Positions 1 to 10,247 of a stretch of DNA of 64,000 nt are shown here, in pieces (within the stretch, counting starts at the first letter, position 1; each line of letters starts with the position of its first letter). Made by a program: the position numbers and the translations under genes. Under the pieces are notes generated by a model that saw nothing but the letters and a program-made list of their open reading frames with translations, made no database searches and was not told where the DNA came from. The stretch covers positions 160,001 through 224,000 of the forward strand of contig CAWJYV010000004.1 in assembly GCA_963847185.1 (NCBI GenBank). The letters are read 5' to 3'. The DNA comes from an uncultured Methanosarcinaceae archaeon. Its GTDB lineage: Archaea; Halobacteriota; Methanosarcinia; Methanosarcinales; Methanosarcinaceae.

Positions 1-719
1 AAACTCTTCTGCACTGCTTTTTCCTTTCCAATCAGGACTAGAGTCCCAAGAATTATTGAAGAAAGCAGCATATTGTCAGAGTTAAAAAGTATGAGAGAAA
101 GGATTCCTGCGCCTATTGCCACTATGAAAGGAAAGCGGGCTTCTGAACTGAAGTACTGCTCTATAGTTAGTACAACAAAGAGTGCGGTCAACACAAAACT
201 CATGCCCTCAAGGTTAAAATCCATAAGGGAACCAAGAACAGCTCCGAGGACCGAACCTGTAACCCAGTAGAGATGATCGAGGGCCGCAATATAAAAGTAA
301 AACCTTGACTTTGAGCCCTCTGAGAGTACCTCTGTAGTGGTCAGGAGAGCATAAGTCTCATCTGTCAAAGCAAAGATGAGATAAGGCTTAATCCTTCCAA
401 CATCAGAAAACTTATCCAGCAGAGATAGTCCATAAAAAGCATGTCTGAGATTTAGAAGCAGTGTAGCTATTATAAACTCTGTAAGCCCGGAACCAGCAGC
501 AAGTAGAGCTACTGCCAAAAACTGTCCTGATCCCGCATAAATAAAAAGGCTCATGAGAAAAGCATATCCCCAGTGGTACCCTGCTCCATCAAGTAAAAAG
601 CCGAAAGCCACTCCAAGGGGTATGTATCCGAGAAAAACTGGAATTGTGGTCTTGAAGGCTTCTCTGAAAAGGTTTTTATTATAATCGTCCACTTCCCGTT
701 CAGTCCCAGTTTTGGCCAT
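1..719 (-). CDS. azlC: AzlC family branched-chain amino acid exporter permease (3' end runs off the window)
   Basis: Manual translation from ATG at 719: MAKTGTERE...FREAFKTTIPVFLGYIPLGVAFG...MSLFIYAGSGQF...NLRHAFYG...LTDETYA. These are typical AzlC motifs; the ORF is not in the track because it is open at the edge. Confidence 0.85.
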   Translation of the reverse strand, partial: MAKTGTEREVDDYNKNLFREAFKTTIPVFLGYIPLGVAFGFLLDGAGYHWGYAFLMSLFIYAGSGQFLAVALLAAGSGLTEFIIATLLLNLRHAFYGLSLLDKFSDVGRIKPYLIFALTDETYALLTTTEVLSEGSKSRFYFYIAALDHLYWVTGSVLGAVLGSLMDFNLEGMSFVLTALFVVLTIEQYFSSEARFPFIVAIGAGILSLILFNSDNMLLSSIILGTLVLIGKEKAVQKS

Positions 720-1128
720 GTTATCTTTCTTCTGCTATACTTGTATGATAGTTTCTTTCGAAAAATGAAAAACAAAAATTATATTTATACTATATATTCT
801 TTGTCAGCACAGATTTATTTTCAGAAATAAAATTTTCAGGAATAAAAACCCTTAATTAATTGAAATTAAGTCAGGCAAAACCGGCATCTTTTCTAAGAGA
901 AAAAATTGTAAGGGGATGCATCGACAAAAGAAAGTAAATATGAGATTGTTTCCAATATGGAATAAATTTCTTGCAGCTTAATCAATGAGTGCTTCATTAA
1001 TGTTTTTCTTCGCTCCGGCTCTCACCGGTCGCAAAAGCGACCGGCTTTTTCCTGAAAAAAAACAAGAAAACGCAAGCGTAAAAAATACATTTGTACCAAA
1101 TGGTGACAATTAGAATGAGAGAGTTATC

Positions 1129-1263
1129 GGCAGTGTGTAGATTTTTCTGTAAAATCACAAATTTCGAAAAGTTGTTGAGCAAAGAATTCTATATCTGAAG
1201 ATTAATTAGTCTCATCTTACACAAAAAATTGACTTCAAATTACAGCAAATTCGCTACACTGCC
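1129..1263. mobile_element. 135-bp MITE with GGCAGTGT terminal inverted repeats and 8-bp target duplication
   Basis: GGCAGTGT...ACACTGCC ends, flanked by GAGTTATC at 1121-1128 and 1264-1271; related copy at about 26676-26809. Confidence 0.8.
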
Positions 1264-1495
1264 GAGTTATCTGTTCATGTTTTCACATTTCTCCATATCA
1301 TCTTTCAATTTTTTTCTCTAATTTTCCCCTATATGGACTTTTAATTTATAGAATATTTCGGAAACAGCAGAATAGGCTCTAAGAGCGGGGCCATGTTATG
1401 TTTTTTGTATGTATTTTCTAATGTTGCTCTGTTATGCAATTCCACTTTATCAATCACTTTCAATTTTCAAGGAGTAATCGTACATTTTCATCTTC

Positions 1496-3799
1496 CTAGT
1501 AACCCCAGCTCGACCAGCTATTAGAGGATATCGCCTTGCTCTTGAATTCAGGCTGTGACTCCAGATTTTCGTAATATCTGTTTTTTCTGGCAAGAAGTAT
1601 ATTCTTATCAATTCCTTCTTTCTCAAGTTTTTCCTGTGCAAATTCTCTGACAATTCTATGCTCTTTGTAAACTATCTGATTATATCCCTGGTTTTTTGAG
1701 ATCATATCCCACTGAATAAGTTTTGTAAGCGGATCCCTTATGGAATGGCATTCTTCTTTTTCGGTCCCCATTATCCATGATAATGCTTCAACAGGCACGG
1801 GATCTTCATAAATAGAAGCGCAGAGAAAAAGTCTTTTTGCGGATCTGTCCAGTTTTGAAAAGGATTTTTCCAGCGCAGTAAACTCGATAAAATCCTCTTT
1901 TAACTGTTTCAGGTCAAGCATTAAACTGTCTACTCCCTGAACAGCAGCAGATTTTGCAAACTGGCCTATTGTCGAGGGGTGTCCACCTATTAAATCGTAT
2001 ATCTCTTTTTTTTTCGGAATACCCAGGTCTTCCAGCACTGTATAGTTATTCATCAACCAATTGGTCTGTGGAAAACTAAGTTCAGGAAGGGAAATGTGTT
2101 CTATACCTTCTGGAAGTTTTCCTTCCAGAGGATCGAAATCATAACAAGTGGTAATGATAAATTTTGTATTGCTGACAGTATTATTTAAAAGATGTTGTAG
2201 AAATTCTCTGAGTTCAGGATTTTTAATTTTATCTCGATCTTTATCTAAACAGTCTTTAAAACCGTCTTTAAAACCGTCAAATATTATTAGAAAACGTCGT
2301 TGATTAAATACACTTGCCAGCACGGAAGTTATGTCTTCAAGATTAGTCTGGTGACCCGGTGATATCTGCGGATTTAAGATCTGGTCGAGCTCAGATATTC
2401 CTTTCATAATGAAGAAGTTGTTAATCTTTCCCAGGATGTCTTTAGGCTGTGTAGCTAAGTTACACTCCATTCCAAAAACCCCCTCGAAATACTCATTCAT
2501 TTTTAGTGCGAGCCTGGTTGCAAGAACAGTTTTTCCCATACCAGCTAAACCGTAAATAATAGCTGCACGCTTTATATCGGATTTGAAGCCCTCTTCCAAA
2601 ATTCGAAGCTCTTTTTTCCTGCCAACAAAGCCCTTATTCATCACCTGCAAATCTGGCAACATCATATTGCATTCAATTTTGGCAGGTTCTGGATTTATGT
2701 TTCCTACCCTTACGCAGTTGCAGTCTGATAGATATAGCACCGGTGTTGCGAAATCAAAACCGTTGCTCTTTTCCGAATTCTTCATCGTTATTCTTGCTTC
2801 ATTAAGTGCAATGTCAACAGATTTTCCGCTTGCAATCGTCCTGTAAAAAGTGTCTGCAAACTGAATAGCTACCTCGTCAAGTACAGAATATTGCATAGCC
2901 ACAACAGCAGGAATTCTTCTTCTTGAGAGCATACTGGCAAGGTCACTGAATGCTTCTTTATTTGATCCTTTAGCTGAATTACAGGAACTGAGCACAACAA
3001 GCCTTATGCCGAGGTCTGAAAAAAGATCTGCAAGAACTTTGTTATCTATCAATCTGGCTTTTCTGTCTTTGGATTCAAATACAAGGTGACTTCTCCCGTT
3101 AATACTTATTCCATGTCCTGTGAAATGTACGATGTGATAATTTTGTTCATTAAGATAGTTCTGAACATTTTCAAAAGTAGCATCTTCAGTAAAATAAACT
3201 TTTATTTTTTGCTCTCTATCAAGCTTGTCTACAGCTTCAAGGATAATTTCCTGTTCTTTTTCAGTGTTTAGAGATGGAACTCTGGGGTCATCAGGATTCG
3301 AAATTACTACTAGCATTCGGAGAACCGAATCTATGAGTTGAGCTTTGGTTTTCTTTGCCTCAGGCGGGAGCCTTGAGAGCAAAATGCTTCTTCTAGTGGT
3401 TAAAAAATTTTCTCCGTTGTGCAAATATTCCCATGGCAAAGATGCAATTTCAGGAACATTCTTATTGAACTGCATAGAAATCCGGAGTCCATTATTCTCT
3501 TCCTGGGCTTCGTTAAAACGTTTATTGAAATAGTCTCCCAATTCCCCTGAAAATAGAGTATCGTATAATGTTTTTCCAAATTCTATATGAACTGTTTCTT
3601 CAGGCTGAGGATTGGGGATTACAGCTTTTTCTTCAATTTGATCCAGCATCTCAACAAGTCTAGAGTCACGCTTTAGTTCAAAATCTCGAGTTGCCACAAC
3701 ACTTTCATTTTCCAGAATTGAAGCCGTATATAGATCACAGAAGCCTTCAGGTCCTTTTGATATTTGTAGTTCTAGAGGATAATACTCCATAATAACCAC
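1496..3799 (-). CDS. CHAT (caspase-like) protease domain fused to STAND/NB-ARC-like NTPase, no C-terminal TPRs
   Basis: LPWEYL, HFTGHG and VVLSSCNS (His/Cys dyad), AVVAMQY; Walker A GLAGMGKT, Walker B FLIIFD, GGHP motif. Confidence 0.85.
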   Translation of the reverse strand: MVIMEYYPLELQISKGPEGFCDLYTASILENESVVATRDFELKRDSRLVEMLDQIEEKAVIPNPQPEETVHIEFGKTLYDTLFSGELGDYFNKRFNEAQEENNGLRISMQFNKNVPEIASLPWEYLHNGENFLTTRRSILLSRLPPEAKKTKAQLIDSVLRMLVVISNPDDPRVPSLNTEKEQEIILEAVDKLDREQKIKVYFTEDATFENVQNYLNEQNYHIVHFTGHGISINGRSHLVFESKDRKARLIDNKVLADLFSDLGIRLVVLSSCNSAKGSNKEAFSDLASMLSRRRIPAVVAMQYSVLDEVAIQFADTFYRTIASGKSVDIALNEARITMKNSEKSNGFDFATPVLYLSDCNCVRVGNINPEPAKIECNMMLPDLQVMNKGFVGRKKELRILEEGFKSDIKRAAIIYGLAGMGKTVLATRLALKMNEYFEGVFGMECNLATQPKDILGKINNFFIMKGISELDQILNPQISPGHQTNLEDITSVLASVFNQRRFLIIFDGFKDGFKDCLDKDRDKIKNPELREFLQHLLNNTVSNTKFIITTCYDFDPLEGKLPEGIEHISLPELSFPQTNWLMNNYTVLEDLGIPKKKEIYDLIGGHPSTIGQFAKSAAVQGVDSLMLDLKQLKEDFIEFTALEKSFSKLDRSAKRLFLCASIYEDPVPVEALSWIMGTEKEECHSIRDPLTKLIQWDMISKNQGYNQIVYKEHRIVREFAQEKLEKEGIDKNILLARKNRYYENLESQPEFKSKAISSNSWSSWGY

Positions 3800-4102
3800 C
3801 TTCTCAGTAACAAAAATCAGAACTTATTTAATTTATAGTTATTGTTTTTGTCGTCACCCCTGACTATAAATATAAAAAAGCAGTTGTTTCAAAGAAGGGG
3901 TGATAAACAAAAATATTCAAAAAGGAGTGATAACAAAATTGGAGAAAAGTGAGATGAGGGTATATTTTTATTTCCCGAAGCCAACGGGTTCTACAACTCT
4001 CAAGCATAGGACAAGAACGCCCGATAGATGGTGTTCAGTTTCCCCTTAAATAATTTCAGCCAATTTCCCCACGAAACACTGAAGATCTGGATAGTACTGT
4101 TT

Positions 4103-4294
4103 TTACTCCGTCTTTTCTTCTTCTGGCATATAGCACCCGAAATACGTATTTTGCTCGACTTTTTTCAGGACATTATTAATGCTCTCAAGCGCTGCTTCCA
4201 TTTTTTCCATTCTCTTCTCAATTTCCTCGACTTTGGTAAGAATTTCCTGTTCAATCATAATATCTCGTCCCGTATACCTATTACATTTATTCAC
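4103..4294 (-). CDS. small coiled-coil hypothetical protein (may start at MIEQE)
   Basis: Heptad-rich ORF downstream of the GTPase on the same strand. Confidence 0.55.
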   Translation of the reverse strand: MNKCNRYTGRDIMIEQEILTKVEEIEKRMEKMEAALESINNVLKKVEQNTYFGCYMPEEEKTE

Positions 4295-4372
4295 AATGGT
4301 AGTGAAAGTTTAATTACCCTTTAATAGGTCTTGCAAGGTTCTTATATACGTCGTCAAGGTAACATATTAGAT

Positions 4373-5137
4373 TTAAATAAGAAGCAAACCGCGTTGCCAG
4401 TCATTGATTATTTTGGTGGCTGTCCTTGTTTCATCTACTTCACCTTTTTTTTGCAGGAAATTGCACTGCCTGCCTATAAGTTTAAGGACATCGTAAGTCC
4501 CTTCGGTTTCTATTTTTATCTTATAGAAAGCTTCAAGAGCGGGTTTGTTTTCAGCCAGGAATTTTTCGATTATTTTCAGGGCAACACCAATTTGGTCTTT
4601 TAGATGAGTTGAGTCCTTTATACCCATCAGGCCCTGCAGGTATTCATCGTTTTCGTCAAAGGGAATCACTCCTGGGGTATCAATAAACATAATTCGTGAA
4701 CCTGCATCCACGTGCTGGACTCCTTTTGTGTGACCGGATATGGAAGATGTGCCTGCTCTGTGCCTGCCTGTTACACTATTGATTACCGAGGATTTGCCTA
4801 CATTGGGATAGCCCAGAATACCGACAAAGATATCGTGCCCTTTTATGCAGGCGGATTCAAGAATCTGGTGCCTCAGCATCGTCGTTCCTGACCTGTCTTT
4901 ACTGGACACAAAAATAGTAGGTGCTATTTTCGAGAGACTAATTTTTGTTTTCTCAAGTTTTTCCCTTGATACAAGGTCGCATTTATTAATAACGATTATA
5001 AAAGGTTTTTTTAGGCGGATTATCTCACGCTCTACTTCGCTGTTTCTTGTTTCATCAGGAAACCGAGCATCTATGACTTCAAGAAGGACATCAGCTTTTT
5101 TAATAACTTCTTTTACAAGTGTTTTATAGCCGGCCAT
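4373..5137 (-). CDS. circularly permuted ribosome-biogenesis GTPase (RbgA/YlqF family)
   Basis: DAR, NKCD (G4) precede GYPNVGKSS (G1), T (G2) and DTPG (G3). Confidence 0.92.
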   Translation of the reverse strand: MAGYKTLVKEVIKKADVLLEVIDARFPDETRNSEVEREIIRLKKPFIIVINKCDLVSREKLEKTKISLSKIAPTIFVSSKDRSGTTMLRHQILESACIKGHDIFVGILGYPNVGKSSVINSVTGRHRAGTSSISGHTKGVQHVDAGSRIMFIDTPGVIPFDENDEYLQGLMGIKDSTHLKDQIGVALKIIEKFLAENKPALEAFYKIKIETEGTYDVLKLIGRQCNFLQKKGEVDETRTATKIINDWQRGLLLI

Positions 5138-5189
5138 ATACTGCGGCTATGGTACAGGATAATATATGAATATATAGTGAGCTCACCAG

Positions 5190-5269
5190 TGTCGCGTCGA
5201 TCATCAAGAATTGAAAAATTCTAAATGATTGTAATCGAATTTATACGACATTTTATCGCTGACGCGACA
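5190..5269. mobile_element. 80-bp MITE (TGTCGCGTC termini)
   Basis: TGTCGCGTC...GACGCGACA flanked by CCAG on both sides; degenerate inverted relative at about 12117-12196. Confidence 0.65.
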
Positions 5270-5355
5270 CCAGTGCATCGATTATTAATTAATTCCTGTT
5301 ATCTTAGATTACAATTCCACCAGTAGAAAAAAGAAATCCAAAACCATAATTTTTA

Positions 5356-5744
5356 CGTTGTCTGTCCGAACAAAGACTGTAAGCTCTATGGCCTTATTGA
5401 TCAGGACAATATTACTGGAAATGGTACTTACATAAGTCATGGAAATAAAACAAGAAGATATCTTTTCCATGAATGCGGCAAAGCCTTTTGAGACCACACA
5501 GGCACTTTTTATCATGATCTTCACAAGATGAGATACTATTGAATTAGCTCTGAAGATATCTATGAAAGGGATGAGCATTGAAGACATTGCCGATGTTTCA
5601 AGGGTACAGTCTGCCAGTGTAAAACTATGGTTAGCCCGTCACAGATGGACTGAAATTTGCAGAGAAGCTCTTTTAAAACAATTTGGAGTTATAGAAGCGC
5701 ACCCAGATACTGGGAAAAGCTATCTGGAGAAGTATGAAATTTAA
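5356..5744 (+). pseudogene. degenerate IS1-type InsA-like transposase fragment (Zn ribbon + HTH)
   Basis: VVCPNKDC...GNGTY...RRYLFHECGKAF*DHTGTFYHDL, then a frameshift into TIELALKISMKGMSIEDIADV...VKLWLAR. Confidence 0.65.
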
Positions 5745-5785
5745 CCCAGGCAACGGGGTGTGCCTGGGTTATGGGTTTTTTTTTT

Positions 5786-5827
5786 GGGTTTGGGTTTGGG
5801 TTTGGGTTTGGGTTTGGGTTTGGGTTT
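5786..5827 (+). repeat. (GGGTTT)7 microsatellite following an 11-bp-stem hairpin
   Basis: Seven perfect units; hairpin TAACCCAGGCA-N8-TGCCTGGGTTA at 5742-5771. Confidence 0.95.
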
Positions 5828-6237
5828 ACGGAATATGATTGTAGTACAGCTTGTACGATTAATAGAATGGTTCGTCAATATATATTAGAGCGGTCATCTA
5901 ATCAAAAAAAATTAACTGTAAACATGTTTGAGTGAAAGATCGCAGATATAAATGCAAAATAACTATTTTATTAATTTTCGATGAATATAAAGAATAATTC
6001 TGAAGAGGTATATTACTTTACTAGATCTCTTTTGCAGTTTCATCTACAAGTGTTATGGGTTATACTCAATATACAGTTTTATTGTCCCTTTTTTGAACTT
6101 TCTATAAATTCCACAGTATGTCTTATCTAATTCTTTTGTGCAGGTGTATGAATCAGCTCGATAAGCGGCACATTCTGAGGCATATTCACATTTTGTGCAG
6201 GATATTTTTGTTCTTCTTTTAACGATTTATTCAAAGT

Positions 6238-7533
6238 TTGGTAGCATTAGTATTCATTTGCCTTTACCTTATTTTGCATAATTCAATTTTATATATCAGT
6301 ATTCATTTATTTGCGTTCTGTTGGAAATGCCCGCGAGCAGGAATCAGTAAAACAGGAAACAAGATAGGCTTTGTTAATCACATATTTCTGGACTTTCAGC
6401 CAGCTTCAAAAGCTTTTGACCACCTTGAGGTATTTCACAGGCTTGGCCTTCGAGTTCCCGAACCCGTTGAGTTCTGCCAGAGCCTCGGAATCAAAGCCAG
6501 TCCATTGAGTGTCAGTAGAACTCTTGCCTTACTGAACAGGGAAAAATTTGAAGAAAATAGAAGAATTCCTCAGATCTTTCCGAATGCGGAAGAAAATACC
6601 GGTGCAAAGGAAATTTTCAGGATCAGCTCTGCCTGGAATGATCATTCCATACATGCAGTAAAAACTCCTTCCATACCCGTAATAAAGGCTCCTTCTATAA
6701 ATGCAGTAAACGACCCTTCTATAATTTCTATTCTGGATATGTGGTCTGGTTATGAGAAAAACAGAATGGTACTGAAAGGGATAAATCTGGAAATTAATAA
6801 AGGTGAGAGGGTTGCGGTTATGGGCACAAACGGCTCAGGAAAATCAACCCTGCTTTTACATCTTGCAGCCATTCTCAAACCACATAAAGGAAGTGTAAAG
6901 GTTTTTGGAGAGGATACTAAATCCAAAAATCCGTATTCCTTTGCAGGAAGAGTCGGATTCGTGTTCCAGAACCCTGACCTCATGCTCTTCTGTGATTCGG
7001 CTGAGGAAGAAACAAGATTTGGACCTGTTCAGTTAAAGTACAACAATATTGAGGAACGGATAAGAGACTCTCTTGAAGCAATGTCAATTCTGCATCTCAA
7101 GAGTGAACTTCCTCAGGCTCTGAGCCGGGGGCAGAGACTCAGGACAGCCGTTGCTTCCGTACTGTCCATAAATCCCGAAATTATTCTTCTTGATGAACCC
7201 ACAACAGGGCAGGATAGAGTGAATATAGAACAGATGATGAATTATTTCAAAAATAATAATTCGACACTGGTTTTCTGTACCCATGATATTGAGGTAGCTA
7301 TGTCCTATGCCACAAGAATCCTGGTGATGAACGAGGGGCAGATTATAGCAGACGGGAAGGGAAAAGAAATTATAAAGAACACAGAAATTCTCAGAAAGGC
7401 GTCCCTTACCCAGCCCCCTATTGTTGAGATTGCTAATTATCTTGGTGTAGACGCCTTTTCAGTTAAAGAACTTGTAGAAATGCTGACATGCAGAAGGGCT
7501 GAAGGGATAAGTGTTGAAGCGATAAAATGTTGA
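6238..7533 (+). CDS. ECF transporter ATPase, probably 5'-truncated remnant of a double-ABC-domain protein
   Basis: GTNGSGKST, FQNPD, LSRGQ, LLDEPT. Upstream LGLRVPEPVEF resembles the tail of a first ABC domain, and the first ~50 codons look non-coding. Confidence 0.75.
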   Translation: MVALVFICLYLILHNSILYISIHLFAFCWKCPRAGISKTGNKIGFVNHIFLDFQPASKAFDHLEVFHRLGLRVPEPVEFCQSLGIKASPLSVSRTLALLNREKFEENRRIPQIFPNAEENTGAKEIFRISSAWNDHSIHAVKTPSIPVIKAPSINAVNDPSIISILDMWSGYEKNRMVLKGINLEINKGERVAVMGTNGSGKSTLLLHLAAILKPHKGSVKVFGEDTKSKNPYSFAGRVGFVFQNPDLMLFCDSAEEETRFGPVQLKYNNIEERIRDSLEAMSILHLKSELPQALSRGQRLRTAVASVLSINPEIILLDEPTTGQDRVNIEQMMNYFKNNNSTLVFCTHDIEVAMSYATRILVMNEGQIIADGKGKEIIKNTEILRKASLTQPPIVEIANYLGVDAFSVKELVEMLTCRRAEGISVEAIKC

Positions 7534-7566
7534 AGTGATTAAATACTGAAAGTGATAAAATGATAG

Positions 7567-8454
7567 GTGCCAGATCAATTGCAGAACCGACAATTAAAGA
7601 TACAATCATTCACAGAATGGACCCACAGGGCAAAGATCCTTATCCTGATTTCTACCGCATTTGTCGCAGTTACCCTTGATAATCCAAAAACTATGTTTTT
7701 GTTGTTTCTGATCGTACTTTCCGGATTTGCGCTTGCAAGAATGCCGGCAATAAAGATCAAGACCCTGGCCTTATTACTCGCACTTTTGATCTGGGGAACT
7801 ATTTATTCTCAGGCTCTCTTTTATTCTCAACTTCCAAGAACTGTAATTTTTACCATAATAAGTCCTGATTTTCCGGTTCTGGGCTGGCTGACCAGCGGAG
7901 GGTTGTTCATATACGAGGAAGGGCTCCATCATGGTGCAATTCAGGGCCTAAGATCGGCTTCAATCCTTTCTCTCGGGCTGTTGATGTGCTGGACTACGGA
8001 TTCAAGGGATATGCTAAACGGGCTTGTAGGGCTCAGGGTCCCCTACAGTGTAGCATTCATGGTGGTCACAGCAGTCAGGTTCCTGCCAATAATAATCACT
8101 GAAGTAGCGACTGTAATTACAGTCCAGAGGCTCAGAGGGTTTAATCCGAAGAAGTTTGGATCAGGAATAGTAAAAACATCACTTAATATACTGACTCCAA
8201 CTCTTGCAAACTGTGTAAGAAGGACCGGAACTCTTGCAGTTTCAATTCAGAGCAGGGCATTCAGGGCAAATCTTGAAAGGACATACCTCAAAAAGCTGAA
8301 GTTTTCGGATCTTGATAAAGCAGTGGTTGCAGTCTTTATTTTTGCAGCCATAAGTATTGTTACCATAAAGCTTCTTTACAATATGTACACAAGTGGAATT
8401 TATTATACTTCAGGTTTAAGGCCTGTTTATGCAATTGCAAGGGGATACCTGTGA
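7567..8454 (+). CDS. ECF transporter transmembrane T component (CbiQ/EcfT family)
   Basis: Hydrophobic; RFLP, QRLRG and SRAF Arg motifs. Confidence 0.85.
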   Translation: MPDQLQNRQLKIQSFTEWTHRAKILILISTAFVAVTLDNPKTMFLLFLIVLSGFALARMPAIKIKTLALLLALLIWGTIYSQALFYSQLPRTVIFTIISPDFPVLGWLTSGGLFIYEEGLHHGAIQGLRSASILSLGLLMCWTTDSRDMLNGLVGLRVPYSVAFMVVTAVRFLPIIITEVATVITVQRLRGFNPKKFGSGIVKTSLNILTPTLANCVRRTGTLAVSIQSRAFRANLERTYLKKLKFSDLDKAVVAVFIFAAISIVTIKLLYNMYTSGIYYTSGLRPVYAIARGYL

Positions 8455-9218
8455 TAGAAATAGAAAAATTATCCAGATCCTTTGGAAACCTGATCGCGGT
8501 TAACAATCTCGATCTTAATGTTGGAAACGAGATCTTTGGCCTTCTGGGTCCCAACGGGGCTGGTAAGAGTACCACGGTTATGATGCTTACAACTCTACTA
8601 AAACCAAGCAGCGGCACTGCAAAAGTCTGCGGGTACGATGTAGTAAAAGAGTCAAAAAAAGTAAGGTCAAAGATAAGCTATGTCCCTCAGGACATGGCAG
8701 TTGACCGAAAACTCACAGGCAGGGAAAATGTACTGCTTTATGCAAAACTCTATGGAATCCCGAACAGAAATTCAAAGGTAGAAGAAGTGCTTGAAATGAT
8801 GGGGCTTTCAGACCGTGCCGGTGATCTTGTTGCAACATATTCAGGAGGGATGAGAAGGCGCCTTGAACTTGCCCAGGCGCTCGTGCACGAGCCTGAAGTT
8901 CTGTTCCTGGATGAACCCACCCTTGGACTGGATGTGAGCGGAAGAAGGAAAATATGGGAGCATATCAGGATGCTTAAAGCAGAAGGCATGACTATATTCA
9001 TGACCACACATTACCTTGAAGAGGCAGAAAAGTACTGTAACAGAGTTGCCATTATTGATAAAGGTAGAATTGCAGCTGTTGGTTCTCCTGAAAACCTGAT
9101 AAGTTCCATAGGAGAAGATGCTTCCCTTAATGATGTTTTCCTTGAGAAAGTCAAGACCCCTGAGGAACAGGCAAGTTTCAATTCAACCCAGTTTAGAAAC
9201 CTTCTGAGGCGGAGATAA
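8451..9218 (+). CDS. ABC-2 exporter ATP-binding subunit (DrrA-like)
   Basis: GPNGAGKST, YSGGM, LDEPTLGLD, TTHYLEEA. Confidence 0.92.
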   Translation: MIEIEKLSRSFGNLIAVNNLDLNVGNEIFGLLGPNGAGKSTTVMMLTTLLKPSSGTAKVCGYDVVKESKKVRSKISYVPQDMAVDRKLTGRENVLLYAKLYGIPNRNSKVEEVLEMMGLSDRAGDLVATYSGGMRRRLELAQALVHEPEVLFLDEPTLGLDVSGRRKIWEHIRMLKAEGMTIFMTTHYLEEAEKYCNRVAIIDKGRIAAVGSPENLISSIGEDASLNDVFLEKVKTPEEQASFNSTQFRNLLRRR

Positions 9219-9943
9219 TGAGAGCAGTATTCTACTATTTTGAAAGAGATCTTGTAAAATGGCTGAGAGGGAAAGTGACAGTTATCTCTTCACTTATAAT
9301 GCCAGCAGCCTGGCTGGTATTTGTCGGGATGGCCCTGCCCACGAAGTTTACCGATAATTATATTCAATTTATCACACCTGGCATTCTTGTCATGACCATG
9401 CTTTTTTCTTCCCTGCAGGGCGGATCCCTTATGATTTTTGATAAAATACTGGGTTTTTTGAATAAATTCCTGGCAATGCCTTCTCCACGGGAAAGCATAC
9501 TGTATGGAAAAATCCTTTTCATTGGGGTAAGAGGACTGATGCAGGCAACTGTAATCCTCCTGATAGCCACGCTTCTTGGAGTAAGGATATCGAACCCCGT
9601 AAGTATAGTTCTGATATACCTTACACTTTTCATGTTTTCGGTATTTTTCTCTGCTCTCTCAACCATGATAGGACTATACTTGAGTGACCATGACAGCTAT
9701 TCGGCTGTGAACAGCATGATCAGCATGCCGTTATTCTTCACAAGCAGCGCACTTATGCCTTATGAGGTCATGCCTTCCTGGCTAAGGACACTGGCAAGAC
9801 TTAATCCGGTAAGTTATGCAATAGACAGCACAAGGATACTATTTGAAGGAGGAATACCTGTTAATGGGCTTATAGGCCTTGCCATAGGAGCCGGAATTAT
9901 GGTGCTTCTCGGCACATATCAGTTTCGGAAGGCATTTGTATAA
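9218..9943 (+). CDS. ABC-2 type permease
   Basis: Six TM segments, FITPG and NPVSY motifs; coupled to the ATPase by TAATG overlap. Confidence 0.9.
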   Translation: MRAVFYYFERDLVKWLRGKVTVISSLIMPAAWLVFVGMALPTKFTDNYIQFITPGILVMTMLFSSLQGGSLMIFDKILGFLNKFLAMPSPRESILYGKILFIGVRGLMQATVILLIATLLGVRISNPVSIVLIYLTLFMFSVFFSALSTMIGLYLSDHDSYSAVNSMISMPLFFTSSALMPYEVMPSWLRTLARLNPVSYAIDSTRILFEGGIPVNGLIGLAIGAGIMVLLGTYQFRKAFV

Positions 9944-10247
9944 ATAAGTGCCGATTTTTTTCCAGTCTTGTTTTATCCTGAAATGATTTCGCAGATTCAA
10001 AAAAATTTAAAACTTCAATACACGACACAACAGAGGGCGCCGCAAAATATTAACATAGAGTAAATTCCAATTACATCTTGGTATTTGGAATGACCATGTA
10101 ACATAAAACAAATTCGAAGTTAAAGTAAAAATAATGGGTTGCTTATATACGATAAATAACTGGAATAAAAGAAAATTAAAAAGTGAAATAATTTCAGGAT
10201 AAAACACAGTTGAACCATAGATAATTTCTATAAAATAATAGTGGGCA

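Noticed and set aside
1010-1050. GC hairpin CCGGTCGC-AAAA-GCGACCGG, and a GC-rich REP-like patch at about 63163-63216
   Set aside because: Probably terminator or REP-like elements between genes; not enough evidence for a further call.
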